Positions 10,546 through 25,293 of a stretch of 57,583 nucleotides of DNA are shown here, in pieces. How positions within the stretch are numbered: the first letter of the stretch is position 1; each line of letters starts with the position of its first letter. The position numbers were made by a program, and so were the translations under genes. Below the pieces are notes generated by a model. That model was not told the origin of the DNA and did no database searches. It worked only from the letters and a program-made list of their open reading frames with translations. Origin of the DNA: Thelocarpon superellum (taxonomy: Eukaryota); the NCBI GenBank assembly GCA_026025795.1, contig JAPEUG010000069.1:1-57583 (forward strand), read 5' to 3'.

Positions 10546-13500
10546 GTTGACCTAGTCTGCGTAGCGACGATAGGCCCGACCTATCGCCACGACGATGGAG
10601 TGAATCGTTGGGGCCGTCGCGCGCGTGGTGATCGGGTGGACGCTGGGATGGGGAAGTTCCGGATGGCGTCGCACATGGTGAATGGCCTCCGGGAGATCCA
10701 ACGGGGCAAGCGCACGCAGCGCGTGTCGAGGGGAGTGAGCGGCGTAGTCTGCTTCATGACGACTCGGTCAGGTCCAGGTCAGGTCCAGGTCTCGGTCTGT
10801 GGAGGAGATTCCTGCCATGGGAGCATGCATGCACACGACAAACCGCCAGGGTTGAGCACGACAGGCCCGGAGATGACAACGGAAGGATGGACGGACAGAG
10901 ATACGGACGGGAGGGCGACTTACGCAATCAAACACTGATCCCAACCACAGCATCAGACATCACACATCAGACGGGTTACCATGCGCTTCACGACGGAACA
11001 TCATTGCCTCGCGAGCTGGACGTCGGCGGCATCGTGGCAGTGTTGAGGCAGAGGCACCAGCAGTCCGGCAGCACCGTACACGTCCACGGACGGAGGACGA
11101 GGGCCGGTACGCGACGGGGTGGCACAGGCGAGGCGGACGATGGAGGGGCACGTCGTTGGCAGCACGAGCGGCGGATTAGGGTTTGGCGGCGGCTATCGAG
11201 CCGGCGAGCACAACGACAGGGCGGATGACAGAGCGATGGCTCACCACGCTGGAGCGCTGGCGAACGAGCCTACTCAGTACCGCCAAGCACGCACGGGTCA
11301 GGACGAAGGACGAGGGGAGAAACACCCGGGCGATGGGCAATGGAGCTGGCGGTCAGGACACAATGGGAAATCACGACACTCGAGCCTCCAAGCTCCCTGA
11401 GCCCTCGGGGGGAGGCAGGCAGATTGGCGCATCACGTCGTCAGGGCTGGCGTCGGCAGTCCGTCCGGCTTGCGCGCAAGGCATGGCATGCGCTTTCTCAC
11501 TGGCCGAACCATCCCATACGAGATACACCATCACATATGAGCCCTCGCGCCGGGATGGCGGACGGGGACTAGAGGCGGGGAGGGACCAGGTAGAGCCACA
11601 GAGGGTTAGGGCCTTGCCCGAGTGGGGGATGGTGGCCAGGATCCCCATCGTGGCCGCGGGTCACTCGCATGTCACTCGCCTGGTGGAGCCAAGCGGAAGT
11701 GAAGTGACGTGACGTGGAGCGGCGTGGTCGAGAAACAGATAGCGTGGCGTGATGGGCGGACGTGTCGTGCGTGGTGTGTTGACTCGATGATTTCCTTTGT
11801 CGTCGTTAACGCGCTGCAGTGGGGCGGCGTCCGTGGCGGCGATAGTCGATCCAATCAATGCCGGGCCTCGTCCCCGTCTCGACCAGGGTGTTGGCGGCAA
11901 GCGAGAGCACCTTCGCGACTAAGAGCCACGAGCTTCCTTCGAACTCACGTACTCCAACTTCGTCCTCCTCCAAGCCTCATCTCCTAACAAATTCGGCGTG
12001 GGCCAGGACGTGGAAGGATGAGCAGCGCACTGCCGCATCCTCCCTTTGTTCCTCCGCTGGCCACGTTACGGGGGAGGTTCTCTTCGACCTGCCTCACGGC
12101 GAAGGGAGGAGTCTGGGTACGGCTCCTCGCTGTGGGTAAGCGTAAGGTGCGAAGTACCGTGTGTTTGGACATCGTGCAGCGGCCCAGGTTGGGGGCGTCG
12201 AATGGTCCATCATGGGAGGGCCAGTGGAGGCATCGCATGTCCGTCCCCGCCATTGCTCCCAAAGCTGCCTCCTACCAGGAGTAGCCCTCGCAGGGGTCGG
12301 TGGTCGCACGAGTTCCGGCACCTAGGCAGCCGCGCCGTGAGCTGGGGACGATGCAGAGTGACGCCATAGACGAGCCCAGCGGCGCGGGACGCGACATCGC
12401 GCAGGGCGCCGCGGGAGAGACCGCTCGGGCTTCGCGTCGTCCACGCAGGTACGCGAGAGGCAAACAAAAGCTGGCGCGGGGCTCCACCGCTCGTACTGCA
12501 GGGAGACGCTGAACGGCATCGGACGATGCCTCGACGTTGGACGAATGCCAAGACGACCCGGTCCTCTCTACCCTCCGACGGGCCAAGGTTGCCTGGTCCC
12601 GTCGCCCAGCGTGCCTTCCTTTGCGTCCGAGAGGGGTTGCTGGGGTTGGTGGGAAGGCGTCAGGTACTTTGTAATTTCTCCGCGAAGGATGGCCTTGTCG
12701 GCTGCGGCAGGGGCTCCTAGAGCCCCTGTGCTGGGCCACCACTTCCGGGTACGAATACGAGTCCCCCCATCTCCCTACTTTCATCCGACCGGCCGGGGCC
12801 TGTGACTACTGCAACTTCCTTGCTTTACGTCGGCCTGGTAGATGTGCAAGTATGCAAAGCTGAGAGCTGTCGGGCACCAGTCCGGCTCAGCATGTGCAGC
12901 TACCCATCGTCCCAGTGTGTTCTGATTAGATGTCTCAGTAGTGCCGGTCGCCGCACGATCTCTTCCGCCTGGATCTCAAACGCACTACGGCGGGGGACGC
13001 ATCCTACACGCCGCCCTGCACGCAGAAGTGTCGGAGCCATGCGTCCTAAAGAAGGTATAGAAGACGACCACGACGACTACGTTGCTCGAAGGAAGGACGC
13101 GATTGGTTGGGCGATTCTAGAGGCACCGTGCTTGTATTCACAGAAAAGGTGCGCTTTGATCCTCCGTGACGGTAAATTGCTCGGACGCTGGTCTGCCTCC
13201 AGGGAGGAGGAGGGTGGCAGCATCAATCTCGCTTCTCGAAGCCTGCCGCATGGAGCAAGTCCGTCGCATGGAGGCCACTGCCGTTGCTCGGTACAGCTGC
13301 CGTAAGGCAGGCCTCTCTTCGGAGGTGGTGCTCGCAACGGTACAAGATGCCGAGTGCCGTCGGTTGAGTCAATCAGCGGTATGGTGTTAAGCATCGCAAT
13401 AGCACGAGTCACTTTTGGCCGGTTGTTCCCGAGCGACGGACGAGGACGGGTCCGCCTCGTCGCTCCTGCAGAGGCCCAACAACGGACGATCACGCTGCGG

Positions 13501-14663
13501 CGACAGCTGTAGGCACGGCTACACCAACCCCAACTATGCGTCGTGACATGGCGGAGTTGACCCTCATCATTCTGATTTGCCCAGCAGGGTCTGACCGCTT
13601 CCATGTAGCTACCGTCAGATCTTCTGTAAACGTACTGGAGCCCATGCATGGACGGGACCAAGCCGGAGGTTCTGCATTTCGCGTCTCTAGTACGGGTACC
13701 CGTCCTCGTCCGGGTGCTCGTACTCGAACTGACCCCGGAACTGCGAACTGGCGTCCCGGGGCCCCGCACGCATCCACGCGTATGGCGCGTCCGGCCGACG
13801 CGTCGACGAACTCTGTGTTAGGAACCAGGTTACCCCACTTTCTACCACGATCAATACCAGAGACCTTGACCGAAGGGACATTTCCAAATCGAGCGTTGGA
13901 CGATGGACCATCTCCTTATGGGCGCTTGATCCATTCATGCACCTAAGAAGCCTCATGTTGTGAGCATCTCACATCCAGTTGCTCGCGAAGCACCCCCGGC
14001 CCTTCTGCAACCGCACAGATTTTTACGTAACCTTCGGCTGGGGGCCAAGTCATATTTTGGGGTTGCTCCTATGTTATTGAACCAAGCGATAGTTTTAATA
14101 ATAGTGACCCTTTTCTTTCCTGATTAAAAGACCCATATACCAGTCCAACTTCGAGGTCGACGAACTTGCGACGAAGATTGAAGAAGATCAGAAATCATTC
14201 AAGATTGAAGAGACTTGATGTGTGACCGGATACCCAAGTTTCAATGATCGAAGGCAGTACGCAAGAGAGCCGAGCGTCTAAACAATCATCACTGTCTGGT
14301 GCGGAGCTACGTGTAATGGTGGTTTGATCGGTTTCAGCGAATATCGAAGTGCGATTTACACCCTAGGGTGAAATGGCTCATGAAGCGTCAACCACGGAAT
14401 ACGGAGGATTCCAGCGCATGACCATCCGGGTGGGGCAGATGTGAACATTAGGGAGGATGAAACAAGAAGAATCGTTCCGTAGATACAACTCAATCTAGAT
14501 GCGCAAAGATACTCGATGCAATCATCCGCCGTCCCGGCAACGGGATGAATCCCGTCTCCTCCAACACCAGCGATGTTTCGTCAGAGAGACCGCCTTACCA
14601 TGCAACCAAACGATGCGTCGTATCAGTGTGGAACGAATCGAGCAGGCCAAGGAGTCCCCACGA

Positions 14664-16682
14664 TCAACGCTTCTTGTATTTCTATCCGCCCAGTCGCGTC
14701 AGCACGCACACACCATGTGGTTGAGGGGAAGGAGCACTCACATCCTCCATGCGGCGCCGGTGCTGCGGATCCAGCGCGTTGGTCGCGCCCATGAGCGTCT
14801 GCGAGATGGCTTTGGATGCGCCGATGGCCGGACGGAAGATGACCGTGGGCGCGCGCCGTAACACCGCCTTGGCCGCGCCTTGGGCGTTGCCGCTCTCGAG
14901 AATCTCGCCCGGCACGGCGACGATGGCGTCTCGCGTCGTGAGGAGATCACGCTCGAGGCTGGTGTAGGCACTGCGCAGGCCCTGCATCACCCCGACCGGC
15001 TGATCGGCATACAGGCTGATGGCCTTCTTCTTCTCCTCCTCATCCAGCTCCGTCTCGTCCCAGCCGGCGTCGCCGACGTGGGCGACGCCGCCGCCAGGAT
15101 TCACCAGAAACTCTTCCGCGCCTTGGAGCACCGTCTGCGTGCCGATGGCCAGCTTCGCCCCCAGCTTCACCAGCTCCGATGTCGTCGTCCGGGCAAAGGC
15201 GGCGGCGCCGCGCGAGAGGCTCCGCATCACCCGTCCATCCTTGCGATATTCTCGCATCGGCACCACCACCAGATCGCGCACGCCGCCGCCCACGTTAACG
15301 AGCGAGCGCACGGGGGCCAGGCCGGCCAGCACGCCGGGCAGCTGCGTCGAGCGGATGTCGGGCATCCACACGTCATTGAGCGTCTTGGACAGGCGGTCGA
15401 AGCCCGACACGCCATAGATGATGACGTGGCGGAGGATCAGGTCGGCCTGGTCGAGCACGAAGAAGTTCATAAATTCCGTCGTATGACCCGAGCGGAGCCC
15501 GGCGTAGTCGACCTTCTTGGGCTTGTAGTCCAATTTGACCTGGACCGACTGCACCTCGACGCGCTGTAGGAAGGGCACCTCGGCGCGCGAGGCGTGGATC
15601 GGCGCCGCCTCGTCCTTGAACTCGAAGAAGCGCGTGAGGAAGTCAAGCGCGTCTTGGTCGACGTGAAGCCGGAGTGGGAGCAGTCGCACCTGAACGACCA
15701 TCTCCGATGCGGCGAGCTCCGGGACTGGCTTCACGTGGAGCATCTCAAGCTCAACCATGCTGCTGCCGCTCTCGCGATCGCCCGCGTCGTGCATGTACGT
15801 CGCAAATTTCTTCCACGTCGATGATGGGACCAAATCGAAGATCTCCAGATCGCGCACCCGCACGCTCAGCGAGCTCTGCGTCTCGCCCACGCCTGGCGGG
15901 AAGACGATCCAGTCCATGGAGAGACCCTGGATCTCGAAGGCCATCTTGTGCTTTTTGCTGCGCGTGAGCCGGAGTTTTCGCCCGCGCGGCCGGGCGGACG
16001 CCACACCCGACGGTCGGCTCGGCGAGCGCGTCGCGGTGGAGGCCGCGTAGCTCTCCGTCTCGCTCGCCAGGTCGTCCACGTTGCGGTTGATCTGCTTGGC
16101 TAGGTCGCGCGGGTCCCGATTGGCGGGGATGCCGATGTAGATGGAGTTGAAGAGAAAATCGCCAATGACTGACTCGGCCTCGTCGTCCCCGTCCGAGCTG
16201 GCCTGTCGCTCCGCTCGCGCTCGCCGTTCCGTCGCCTTGATCTCGACCTCATGCACCACCCGAGCGATGGTGTCCCGCGTGCCTTGCCAGTCGTAGCCAT
16301 CGAACAGATTCCAGATGACGTGGACGTCGCGCACCCTAACCCGCATAGGGCTGTCGCGTAGGTGCTGGTGCGGGATCATGCCATACGCATCCTTGGCCGA
16401 GTCCCAGCGGTGCGCCGTTCCGTGCCGGATCGGCTCGGGCCCGAAGTGGTCATCAAGAAAGCGGAGCGGCTCGTCGGATGACACGTCGTACTGCTCGTGG
16501 AAGCTCTCCAGCATCCCGCGGTCTGCGCGGCCGGACCCGTCGTTGGACACGGCCACAGTCGAGTCTTCGATGGACACGCCGCGCAGCGGTTCCGGAGCCG
16601 GGCTGTAGTAGCTGGCGACGAAATCGAGATCCGGCGGCACGTCGTCGCCGACCATGTCTCCATCGCGGAATTCCAGGGGGGA

Positions 16683-16716
<34 letters not shown>

Positions 16717-19700
16717 TCGGGCGAGCCAGGGCTGAAGGCGTCACCGGGTAATGAGGCGAGCATGTCCTGCACTGGGATGATCTCCGTGCGATATTTGAGA
16801 TCGGGGCTGGGCGGCATCGGGGGCTTGAGGCCATTGAATAGGGCCAAGAGCGTCTGAGTTGAGTCGGCGCACGACTCCAGCACCAGCAGGTCATCTCTCA
16901 CTTCGAGATCAACGGTTCGTGCGCCGTGCGGGCCCGACTCGATCACCTGCAAGGTCGCCTTGGCCGATGAGATGTAGCTGACGGAGACATAACCAATCGC
17001 GCACAGCTCCGAGACCTGGCGGTCCGCTCGCGCGCTCGGAGCGCTCGGCGGCCGCGACTCCTCCCAAGGTTTGAGGTTGTGCCAGTCATCAATGATCAGA
17101 AGCGAGGCTTTATCAAGGCCCAAGGTGGCCTGAATCCGGCCGTCGTTAGGTATGACCCCGGTGAAGCGGGTCTCGGTCAGGACGAAGAGACCCCTACTCG
17201 CCGACTGCCATGGATGCAGGCTGACCATGCAATCGCGCAGGGCCACGTCAATCCTCGGTGGCTTGCCGGAGGAACTGGACCGCTCCTGCATCGACGACTG
17301 TCGGCGTGCCAGGGGCGCCGTGCGCGACGGCGGCGACCGACCGGTCAGGGTAGCTACCGACCCCACGAGGTCTGCCAGCGCTTCTTCGGCAGTTTGGTCA
17401 TCGGACAGGCCCATGAGCGCCATCATGGTCGGGACGGTGTATTCCGCGCGGACGTTGGACAGTTTCACGCGGACCGTCGGCTCCATCTCGTCACCAATCA
17501 TGCGTGCCATGACCATCGGCAGTGGCTGGTCCTGCGCAGCGTGCGCCGGCGCCAGCGCCAGCCCGAGTAGCTCCTCCGCCCCGTTCCGCGATACGCTGGC
17601 CGCTTCGATACTCAGCGCCAAGAGTGACGGCAGGCCAACCTGAGCAAGCTCGAGGTTCTTGGCCTCCAGCGACACACGGCCGATCCGCTCCGTGAGGTGC
17701 AGGTGGAGGCTCGATTGTCGAATGAGGAGGAGGACCATGACGCCGGGCCGATCGTCTTCGGGAAGATATTTGGTGACGGTGTTGACAGTCGACATTTTGG
17801 TCATCTCGTCGCCGAGTGCCACCAGATACTGCAGGTCGGCCCACGTGGTGAGGGTGCTGTCGACCTGTGCGACGGTCAGCCGCAAGACTGGACCCTGCTG
17901 CCGCTGACGAAGGAGGGTGTCGAGGAGAATGTCATCGTCGTCCCCGTAGCGATCGCGCGAGGGCGTTAGGAGACTGAGCAGGCGACCGAGATCGGCTTCC
18001 TTAGGGTGGGAGAGGAATTCGAAGCGGTTGTTCTTGAGCTCGATGGATAAGGCCGGCATTTCTCCCAGCCCCAGAACTGGACCGGTCAAGCGAACACGGT
18101 CCACCTGAGCGCCGATGCCTTCATCGCGGCTGACCAGCTTGACGGCCGTGGTGTCGAGCCGAATGGTACATTCCTTACCAATAAGCTCGACCACGAGGCC
18201 GCCGAGTCGTGCGTCCGCCTTGTTGGTGACGGCGGCAGGCACCACTGGCCTCTCCGTGGTACGGTCGGTAGTCGGCGACGGGGCAAAATGCACCCCCCGG
18301 GGTCGGTCCGTCCCCCTACCTGACATGGACACGGTTGCTGTGGCGGTCGAACTGGATGCGATGGAGCTCCCCAGCCCAAGGACGCTACTCACGCCGCCGA
18401 ACCAGCTGAAGGTGTCATCGAGTCGCTGAAGATCTAGCGAGAGATGCAATGGCAGCGTCACGAGACTCAGCTTCCGTGCCCGGGGCGTCTGCACCATGGT
18501 GAGGGACAGGTCCTTGTCTGTGGGCACTAAGCTATCTCGGGTCGAGGATCGCATCTTTAGGTCGGCGTCGAACGACATGATGTTGTCGCGCGCGTAGCCA
18601 AGTAGGGCCTTGTCGACGGAAATGTGCAAGGTCGATGAGCGTGGCGATGCGGTCCAGTCGACCTCCAATCCCCTGACGGTAGCGCGGAGCAAGACATCTG
18701 CGTCGGACGGCTTGTCCGGCACCGGCTCGGCGAAGGAGACCCTCGACGATGCGGGCGACGGGATCTGGGCGCCCGATAAGCGCTCGAGGAGCTTGCACGA
18801 GATCCGGGCGGCCGTTAGCCGGAATGCTCTCTCCTCATCCGGGGTCTCGGTCTCTTGCGACGGCCGCGGCGGTCCGGAGCTTGCAGCGAGACCGCCTAGC
18901 TGTTGGACCATCCGAGCCATGAGCCGTCCCATGGACACGTCTGCGTGCGCGTGCACGGTGCCAATCTCGACCTCGGTCGGTCGGGCGACCGGCTGATTGG
19001 CCGTGCCGGCCGCCGGCGGAAGGCCAGACGGCGACGAGAGCGGGGGAGACCGGCGTGAAGAGGGTAGTCGGGGTGAGGAACGCTCGGTTGCCGCATACGA
19101 TGAAAAGGCCCCGGGAAGATCGGGGAAGGTGGAATCGCTCACGGTGGGACTTGAGGGCGACCCTGGGAGCGTCCCTTGATGGCTCGCCTGCAGCAGGGGA
19201 TCATCCGTCGGACGGCCGTCGTCGGGCCCCGGTGACGGAAGCCAGATTGTCACATGATCCACATCGAAGACGTGTTTGGCTATCTTCGGGCTGGATACGG
19301 AGTTGGGTGAGGCGGTTCCGCTCGCTGGGCTATTTGGGCTCGGCGATGGGGGCGCCGGCGGGACGAAGTCGACCGGCGTCGGTGCTGCAGAAGTCTGGGC
19401 GACGTCGTCTGACGTTAGCGCCACGTCGTGCGACCCGGTGGCAATCATCAAGGGTGGAACGTTATCCCTTGCGGGACCCTGCCAACTCGCATCATCACTC
19501 TCGACGGTGGAGCCTTGACTGTGGGCGCTCATGTACATGCTCTGGTCGTCTTCGCGACTCAGGATGGTCGACGCAGCCAGGTCCTCGGCGAGAGGGTGGC
19601 CCTGCTGCTCATAGGGTCGTTTGTGGTGAGACTGGGCTGTCGACTCGGATGAGAGTGCGGCTCGTGGGACACTACGGTCAAGGATGGCTGAGGTTGAGGA

Positions 19701-21228
19701 CAGGGACGCATGTGGACGCGGGCTCGCCGTAGCCGCGAAACTGTGGGATAGGTCGTCATCTTCGATGTCACTGTCGTGGAGTTGACTCGCGCTCAATCGA
19801 TCGAGGTGCATGGAATCGTCCAGTATATTACCACCATAGATGCTCGGTAGAGTTCGAGGCGTGCCGGGATCGATTGGGCGATCGTCGGACTCCTCGACTG
19901 GGTCTGCGAAGCGTCCACCGTCGCTTGTGGCAATGGACGCGCCCACGCTCAATGTGCCTGAAGGGATGGTGGACGAGTGGCCGGCCGGCGCATTTGAGGC
20001 TGCCGACGCAACCCAGCTAGTGGGCGGAGGGGCCGCCGAAGACGAAGGGCCTGACGTTTCGACCGGGGCAGGGTAAGCATCGGTTTGGGACTGAGACGAC
20101 TTGGAGTCTCTATGGACGCTTGGTAGACTGGCATGTGTGGCGGACATGGATGGAGGATTCGATGGCCTCGAGAGACTCGTCAGCAAACTTACTTCTGAGA
20201 TGACCATGGCACGAATGTTCTTGAGGATGATCCGTCGCGACTGGGACTCGGATGGTGTGTTGGTGGCCGCCTCGGCCGTGGCCGCCTCGGCCGTGGCCGG
20301 CTTGAGTCCCGGACCGGACACAGCGCTCTGAAGATCGAGCTCATCGATATTCAGCAGGAGTCCAACCGGATCCGGGCGCGTCGAGACGGCGCCCAAGCTG
20401 GACAGGTCGGGACGCAGATCCAGATCGAGCATCACAGCGACGGCAGCCACGCGTACTTGTAGCCGGTCGCCCACGCCTTTCAAAAAGTTGGCCAAGAAGC
20501 TGGGTAAGGCGAGGCTGGTGCCCGTCCCTAGCGCGGGATCTTGACTGAGGTCATGGCTGGAGTCGGCGAGAATGGTGCCTAGAGAGTCTGAGCGCGAGGC
20601 AATGGCCGCCTCGAGCTGCACCCGCTCTTGCTGTGGCTCGTGCTGCAGGAAGGAGGCAGCAAGGTCGGCCGTGGTCGGTAATGGCTCGTCTTCGGCTTCA
20701 TCGTCCGCGCTGTCCTCCGGTATTGACGCGTGGATGCCCGCGGTATCCAGACCAGCTCCTTGCCCTTTTCGTGCACCTCGGGCGTCGGTGGACACGGCCC
20801 TTTGTGGGCCGGGGCGGGTCGGGGCATCGTTCACCTCCTTGCGCACGGCCGCAGCCTCGCTTTGCTCCCAGAGGCGGACATCCACCCCCTCGATGTCGAC
20901 AACGATGGCGCTGTTGTAGATGTCGGCGGGAATGGTGACTCGGAGCAGGAGAACGGTGGCCTTGGCAAGTCGCAGCTTGGGGGGAAGATGAAGCAGCGAG
21001 GACAATTTCTATGGATCTCAGGACAAGCTATGGATGACGCAGTGCGGACGGACGAGCTCATACCTTCAGCCGCAAGCCGACATCCCGCAGCTCGATGGTG
21101 CTCCGCTTGCCCCAGGCGATGTCCAGCTTCTCCAGGTCTAGAGCATCGGTGTCGAGAAGCTGCAGCTGAGAGAGAGCATAACGCAGCAGGCGTTTTTGGA
21201 GGGAGGAGGGTAAGAGGAACGAGGCCAT
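14664..21228 (-). CDS. ATG2: Autophagy-related lipid transfer protein Atg2; introns 21009-21063 and 14682-14741, last exon 18 nt (KYKKR*)
   Basis: N-terminus [22 protein letters not shown] (Chorein-N-like). Motifs [32 protein letters not shown] and [26 protein letters not shown], plus the ATG_C-like [14 protein letters not shown]. Confidence 0.96.
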
Positions 21229-21990
21229 GTTGAGGCAGGATGTGCTGCATGCCCCTCCTTGCCGTGGCGGGCGGGCCGGCGTAGGTGCGCACCGGAATGA
21301 GGTGCCCCACGATCATCGACGGCCCCACCGGCGGCCAACAAGAGACCCTTCACGGACCAGGTCACTGACTTGGCCATGCACCGGGGCGGGCGATGGCGCG
21401 GTGCCGATGCTCACGATAAATGCCATTGCTGGCCGGTCCCCGTCGTGCTAACGGGTGGAAGTGGGGCGGTGCGGTGAGGGCATCGCCAATGTGGGTCATG
21501 CTGGACTGGACTGGCTGGACCGGCTCCACTGGCTCCGTTGACGAGGCGAGTGCGAGAGCTTGGTGAAGGGGACGGACCTCTGCCATCCACCACCACCCGT
21601 TTCAAGGGTCTGCACGAGAAGTGTGGCAAGGGAAGCTGACGGGCACCAGTCATGACGCTGCTACTCATACGACTATCATCGGAGGAGTATAGTTGGCATC
21701 TCAGCCGTCGATCACGCTCTCTTGCCCCTCGTACCACGGTCATGGTGCAAGGTGCAGGATGCATGGGGCGTGGCCTCGCCTGCCTCCTCGATCACGAGCT
21801 CCTCCAGGCCATGTGCAGGAGAGCCCCCGGCGGATGCCTGGTACCTGCACTAGGACTCTCCCTCCTTACGACGCACGCAACGGCTTTGACGTGATCCCGG
21901 CTGACCAGGTGGTACCCGCCGCTCGAGGCGAAGTCAGTCGTGGGCGTTTCCGCCGCACGCAATATCCGCCGGATCTGCTGCATCTCCTTC

Positions 21991-23895
21991 CTACGGGATC
22001 AGGTCCACGTCCACTTCCTCGCCCTCGCTCCCGCCCTCAGTCCTAGCGCCCTCACCATATTCATCCACAATCCACTGACAGTATCGCTGCCACTCTAGAG
22101 CCCACTCGCGCATTCTCTTCGCGCGTACGCCCCGGCCCAGGCTGGCGTCCTTGATGTCGCGTACCCAGTCTTTGGCGCTCTGGTCCTCGAAGGCGGCCCA
22201 GCGCACACTGTTCTCCGCCAGGGCGCCGAGTCCGATCAGGCCCAGGTTCTCCCAGCCCTGCAGCGCCTGCCAAAAGTCATGGCTCATGCCGTTGGTGTCG
22301 TGTCCCAGGATGGCGGGATCGTCGTTGCAGAGGGCCACATGCACGCCGCGCGCCAAGAGCGCCGGCGCCGGATGAGCGCGGATGGAGCTGGTCAGGCGGA
22401 GAACCTCGTTGGAGATGGGGCAGCTCTCGACGAGGATACGCTTCTCCTTGACCATGTCAATCAGGAGCGGGTGCTTATACAGGGAGAAGCCGTGGCCGAT
22501 GCGGCGGGTGCCCAAGAGCAGGGCGTCGAAGAGGTTCTCATCCGTCTCGTCGCCGTCGCCCAAGGTCTCGCCGGCGTGGAAGAAGAAGGGGATCTCTAAT
22601 CCTTCCTCGACGCAGCGTTTGCGAAACCAGAAGAGCTCGCGGGTCAGGTCTTTCAGTGACCGACCGAGGTCCTCCTGCCCGACCAGATCAAAGCCGGCGA
22701 TCAGATGCGGATACCGCTTCTTGACCGCGATACACTGTTTCATGCCTGCACGCCGTCAGCCCGCTGCTCGCAAGTATCGCGGCCGGTGGGATGCGGCTGG
22801 CCACATACTCTCGACGATTTGTCGAGTATCCAGTTGCCGGACCGCCGTCCAGATCATGCGCGCACCCCAGAACGCTTGGCCTTCCTCGCTGGTCTTGAAG
22901 CGCTCGACCTCGTCGCCCAGGACGCGTACGACCTCCTCATACCCAGCCTCGGGCTGCTCGCACCCCTGCTTGCGGTATTGAAAGGCAAATGCGGCGCGCA
23001 GATCGATCCAGCGCACTCCATCTTCCAGCGCCTGCCGACAGATGCGATGCACGCAGGCGCGGAAGATGGGCTCGTAGAAGATGATGGAGCCAAGGATGAT
23101 GAAGGTCTCGCGGAACTTGCGCCAGATGTCGTTGAGGCCATGGTGGTGCGCCACCGACTCCGTCGACGTGATGGTGCAGCGACCCTTCACCCAGGCCACA
23201 AAGCCCTCCCGTCCGCCGTCGGGAAAGGTGTCGGCGGCATGGGTGAGGGCAACACGTGTCGCGGGCACGTAGTCCGCTCCCCACAGGGAGCTAGGGCTTG
23301 CCGGGGCCGATGGAGCGTAGACGAAGAGCATCGAGGCGGAGCGTAGCGCGGTCGGGGTGCAGAGGGGCTCACCCGCATAGAGATGCATGCCTTCGGTGTG
23401 CAGCGCTTGCTCCAGCAGCCAGGTGACATCGATCATGGCATCGAGGTGCGCGTGGAGGAGCGCGCCCTTGGGCATCCTCTGCACGATCTTCCAGAGGCGT
23501 GTTGCTTCGATGCGCTCTTTCGCCAGACAGAACATCATGCCCGGGTAGACGTGACCCGCCTCCCCGTGGGCGAGATTCTCCTTGTAGTCTGAGGTCCAAT
23601 GGGTCTGCCGTTCTTCCTCTCGGATCCGGGCGACGATGGCACTGGCCTCGGCCGCGGCAGGCGAGAGAGTCTGTCGAAAGGCATGGTCTACTACTTCCTC
23701 AGCCGGGCGTCACCGCTCTCGTCGATCGACGTACGAACCCGTCCGTTGCCGTTTCTCTTGCCCGATCAACGCATCCCGACCCTGAAAGTATTTCTGGATG
23801 AACTGATCGCTCTTTTGCGGGACACCCTCCTCGAGTTCGTCCCATGAGTCGTCCTCCGTGCTTGATGGGGGCTCGCAAGGCCTCTGGGTCGCCAT
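21991..23895 (-). CDS. Adenosine deaminase, ADGF/CECR1 (ADA2)-like family; introns 23688-23738 and 22746-22808
   Basis: Motifs MPKGALLHAHLDA, AGFDLVGQED, FFFHAGETLGDG, RRIGHGFSL, ESCPISNEVLRL and NDDPAILG. Exons join in frame. Confidence 0.92.
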
Positions 23896-25293
23896 GATGT
23901 TGTCGATGTCAAATCATGCGTAGTCCTGGACGATGGTGGACGCGATTGGTCACGTCAGCGGTTGGTGGTACCCCGCGATGTGGGGCCCTTTGATCCCGCG
24001 CTCGGAGTTGTGGCTACACAACATCACGGTGGAACGGTCGCTGGTGTGACTAGACGGGCGAAATCATGAGACTGTGATATGAAGGAGCTGTGCACATCCA
24101 CCGATCGATGCCAAACCATCTACGCCATTCCCCTTCACCGCCAAACTTCTCAGTCAAGCCCATTGTACCTGAGTGGTGGGGCCAGAACATGACCTGCATG
24201 GACCATCTGCAGCGCCGGCGATGCTGCAGATTGGTCCAGAAATAGTATGGTGCCCTTCTCATGCGGGTCATTGGCCCATCGCTTTCGCTGTGGTGTCGCC
24301 TTCCTCTTCAATCCATCTTCCCTTGGAGGTGACGTCCACCACGCTCAATACTCGTACCGGGCGACAGCGTGGCCAAGATCCCGACCGGAGGAACCGGTGG
24401 CGAATGTGGCAACTCGGTAAGGCGGAGGGCGCCGGCACCAGATCCGTAGTCATCTCACCCATCCCACTGAGGCAGATCGGCACATGTGCCCGTGTCTCCT
24501 CCTCCTACGGACGCACCACCCACCTGGATCGGTAGGAGGACAAGGGCGAGAAGCACCATTGTCCGTGCGCTGCAATTCAGGCTATCTGCATAGCCAAGGC
24601 CGCGGGAATCCCGTCGAGGTCTTGCAAGGGAGCAGCGCGCACGGCCACCGGTACGTCTTTCGCCGAGGTGGTCGCGCCGATCGCCAGATCTCCCGCCTTG
24701 TAATCATGCCGTGTCACTTTGTTCATGCGGGATAAATGTCGGGGAGGAGGAGGGATCCTGCTGCTGTCCCGGTGAACCCTTCCTGGTCCCTGAGCTCTGG
24801 CCGCTTCATGTCCTCTGCGTGAGATGAGATTCGTCCGATTCGTTCGCATCATCCATGGGCGTGGTCCAGATACACTTTCCCGTGCACCGAGGCTTTGCCC
24901 GAGCTGGTCCGGAGGAACAGCACCACGCCCATCGGGGGGAATGCCGAGCAAGCGCGACTTGCCCCACGCCCACATGGCCCGTGATGTGCCACTACCCTCC
25001 TCCAAGCCACCCCGTCTTACGGGACTGATAAGACCATCTCCGCTGTTGCTCTCGTTCCAGCAAAGTCGCGGTGCCTTAGCGCGTCGAGTGCTTGTGTTGG
25101 ACCACCGGCCTTCCTAGAAGGTCTCGCAGCTGCGGGCAATCTGCTCTCGAGCAGGTGGCTCGCCATGCGGACCGACGGAGGCGAGCGCTCGGTCGTGTAT
25201 CCCGGCCCTCAGGGTGGCTCGCTTTATTAGAGGCCAGAGATCCTCTCCGCCCCTGGACCGGGCGTTGGATCTCGTCAACACCTCACGCCCATC

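Noticed and set aside
11602..11611. AGGGTTAGGG (CCCTAACCCT on -), a possible telomerase RNA template in the 4-kb gap
   Set aside because: Only about 1 kb separates it from the next same-strand gene, whereas filamentous-fungal TERs are about 2 kb. No pseudoknot or CR4/5 was recognised, and a single 10-mer can occur by chance.
12001..12028. GCCAGG...GGAA...AGCAG resembling SRP RNA helix 8
   Set aside because: The spacing is wrong and the flanking bases do not pair; no Alu domain or Pol III terminator.
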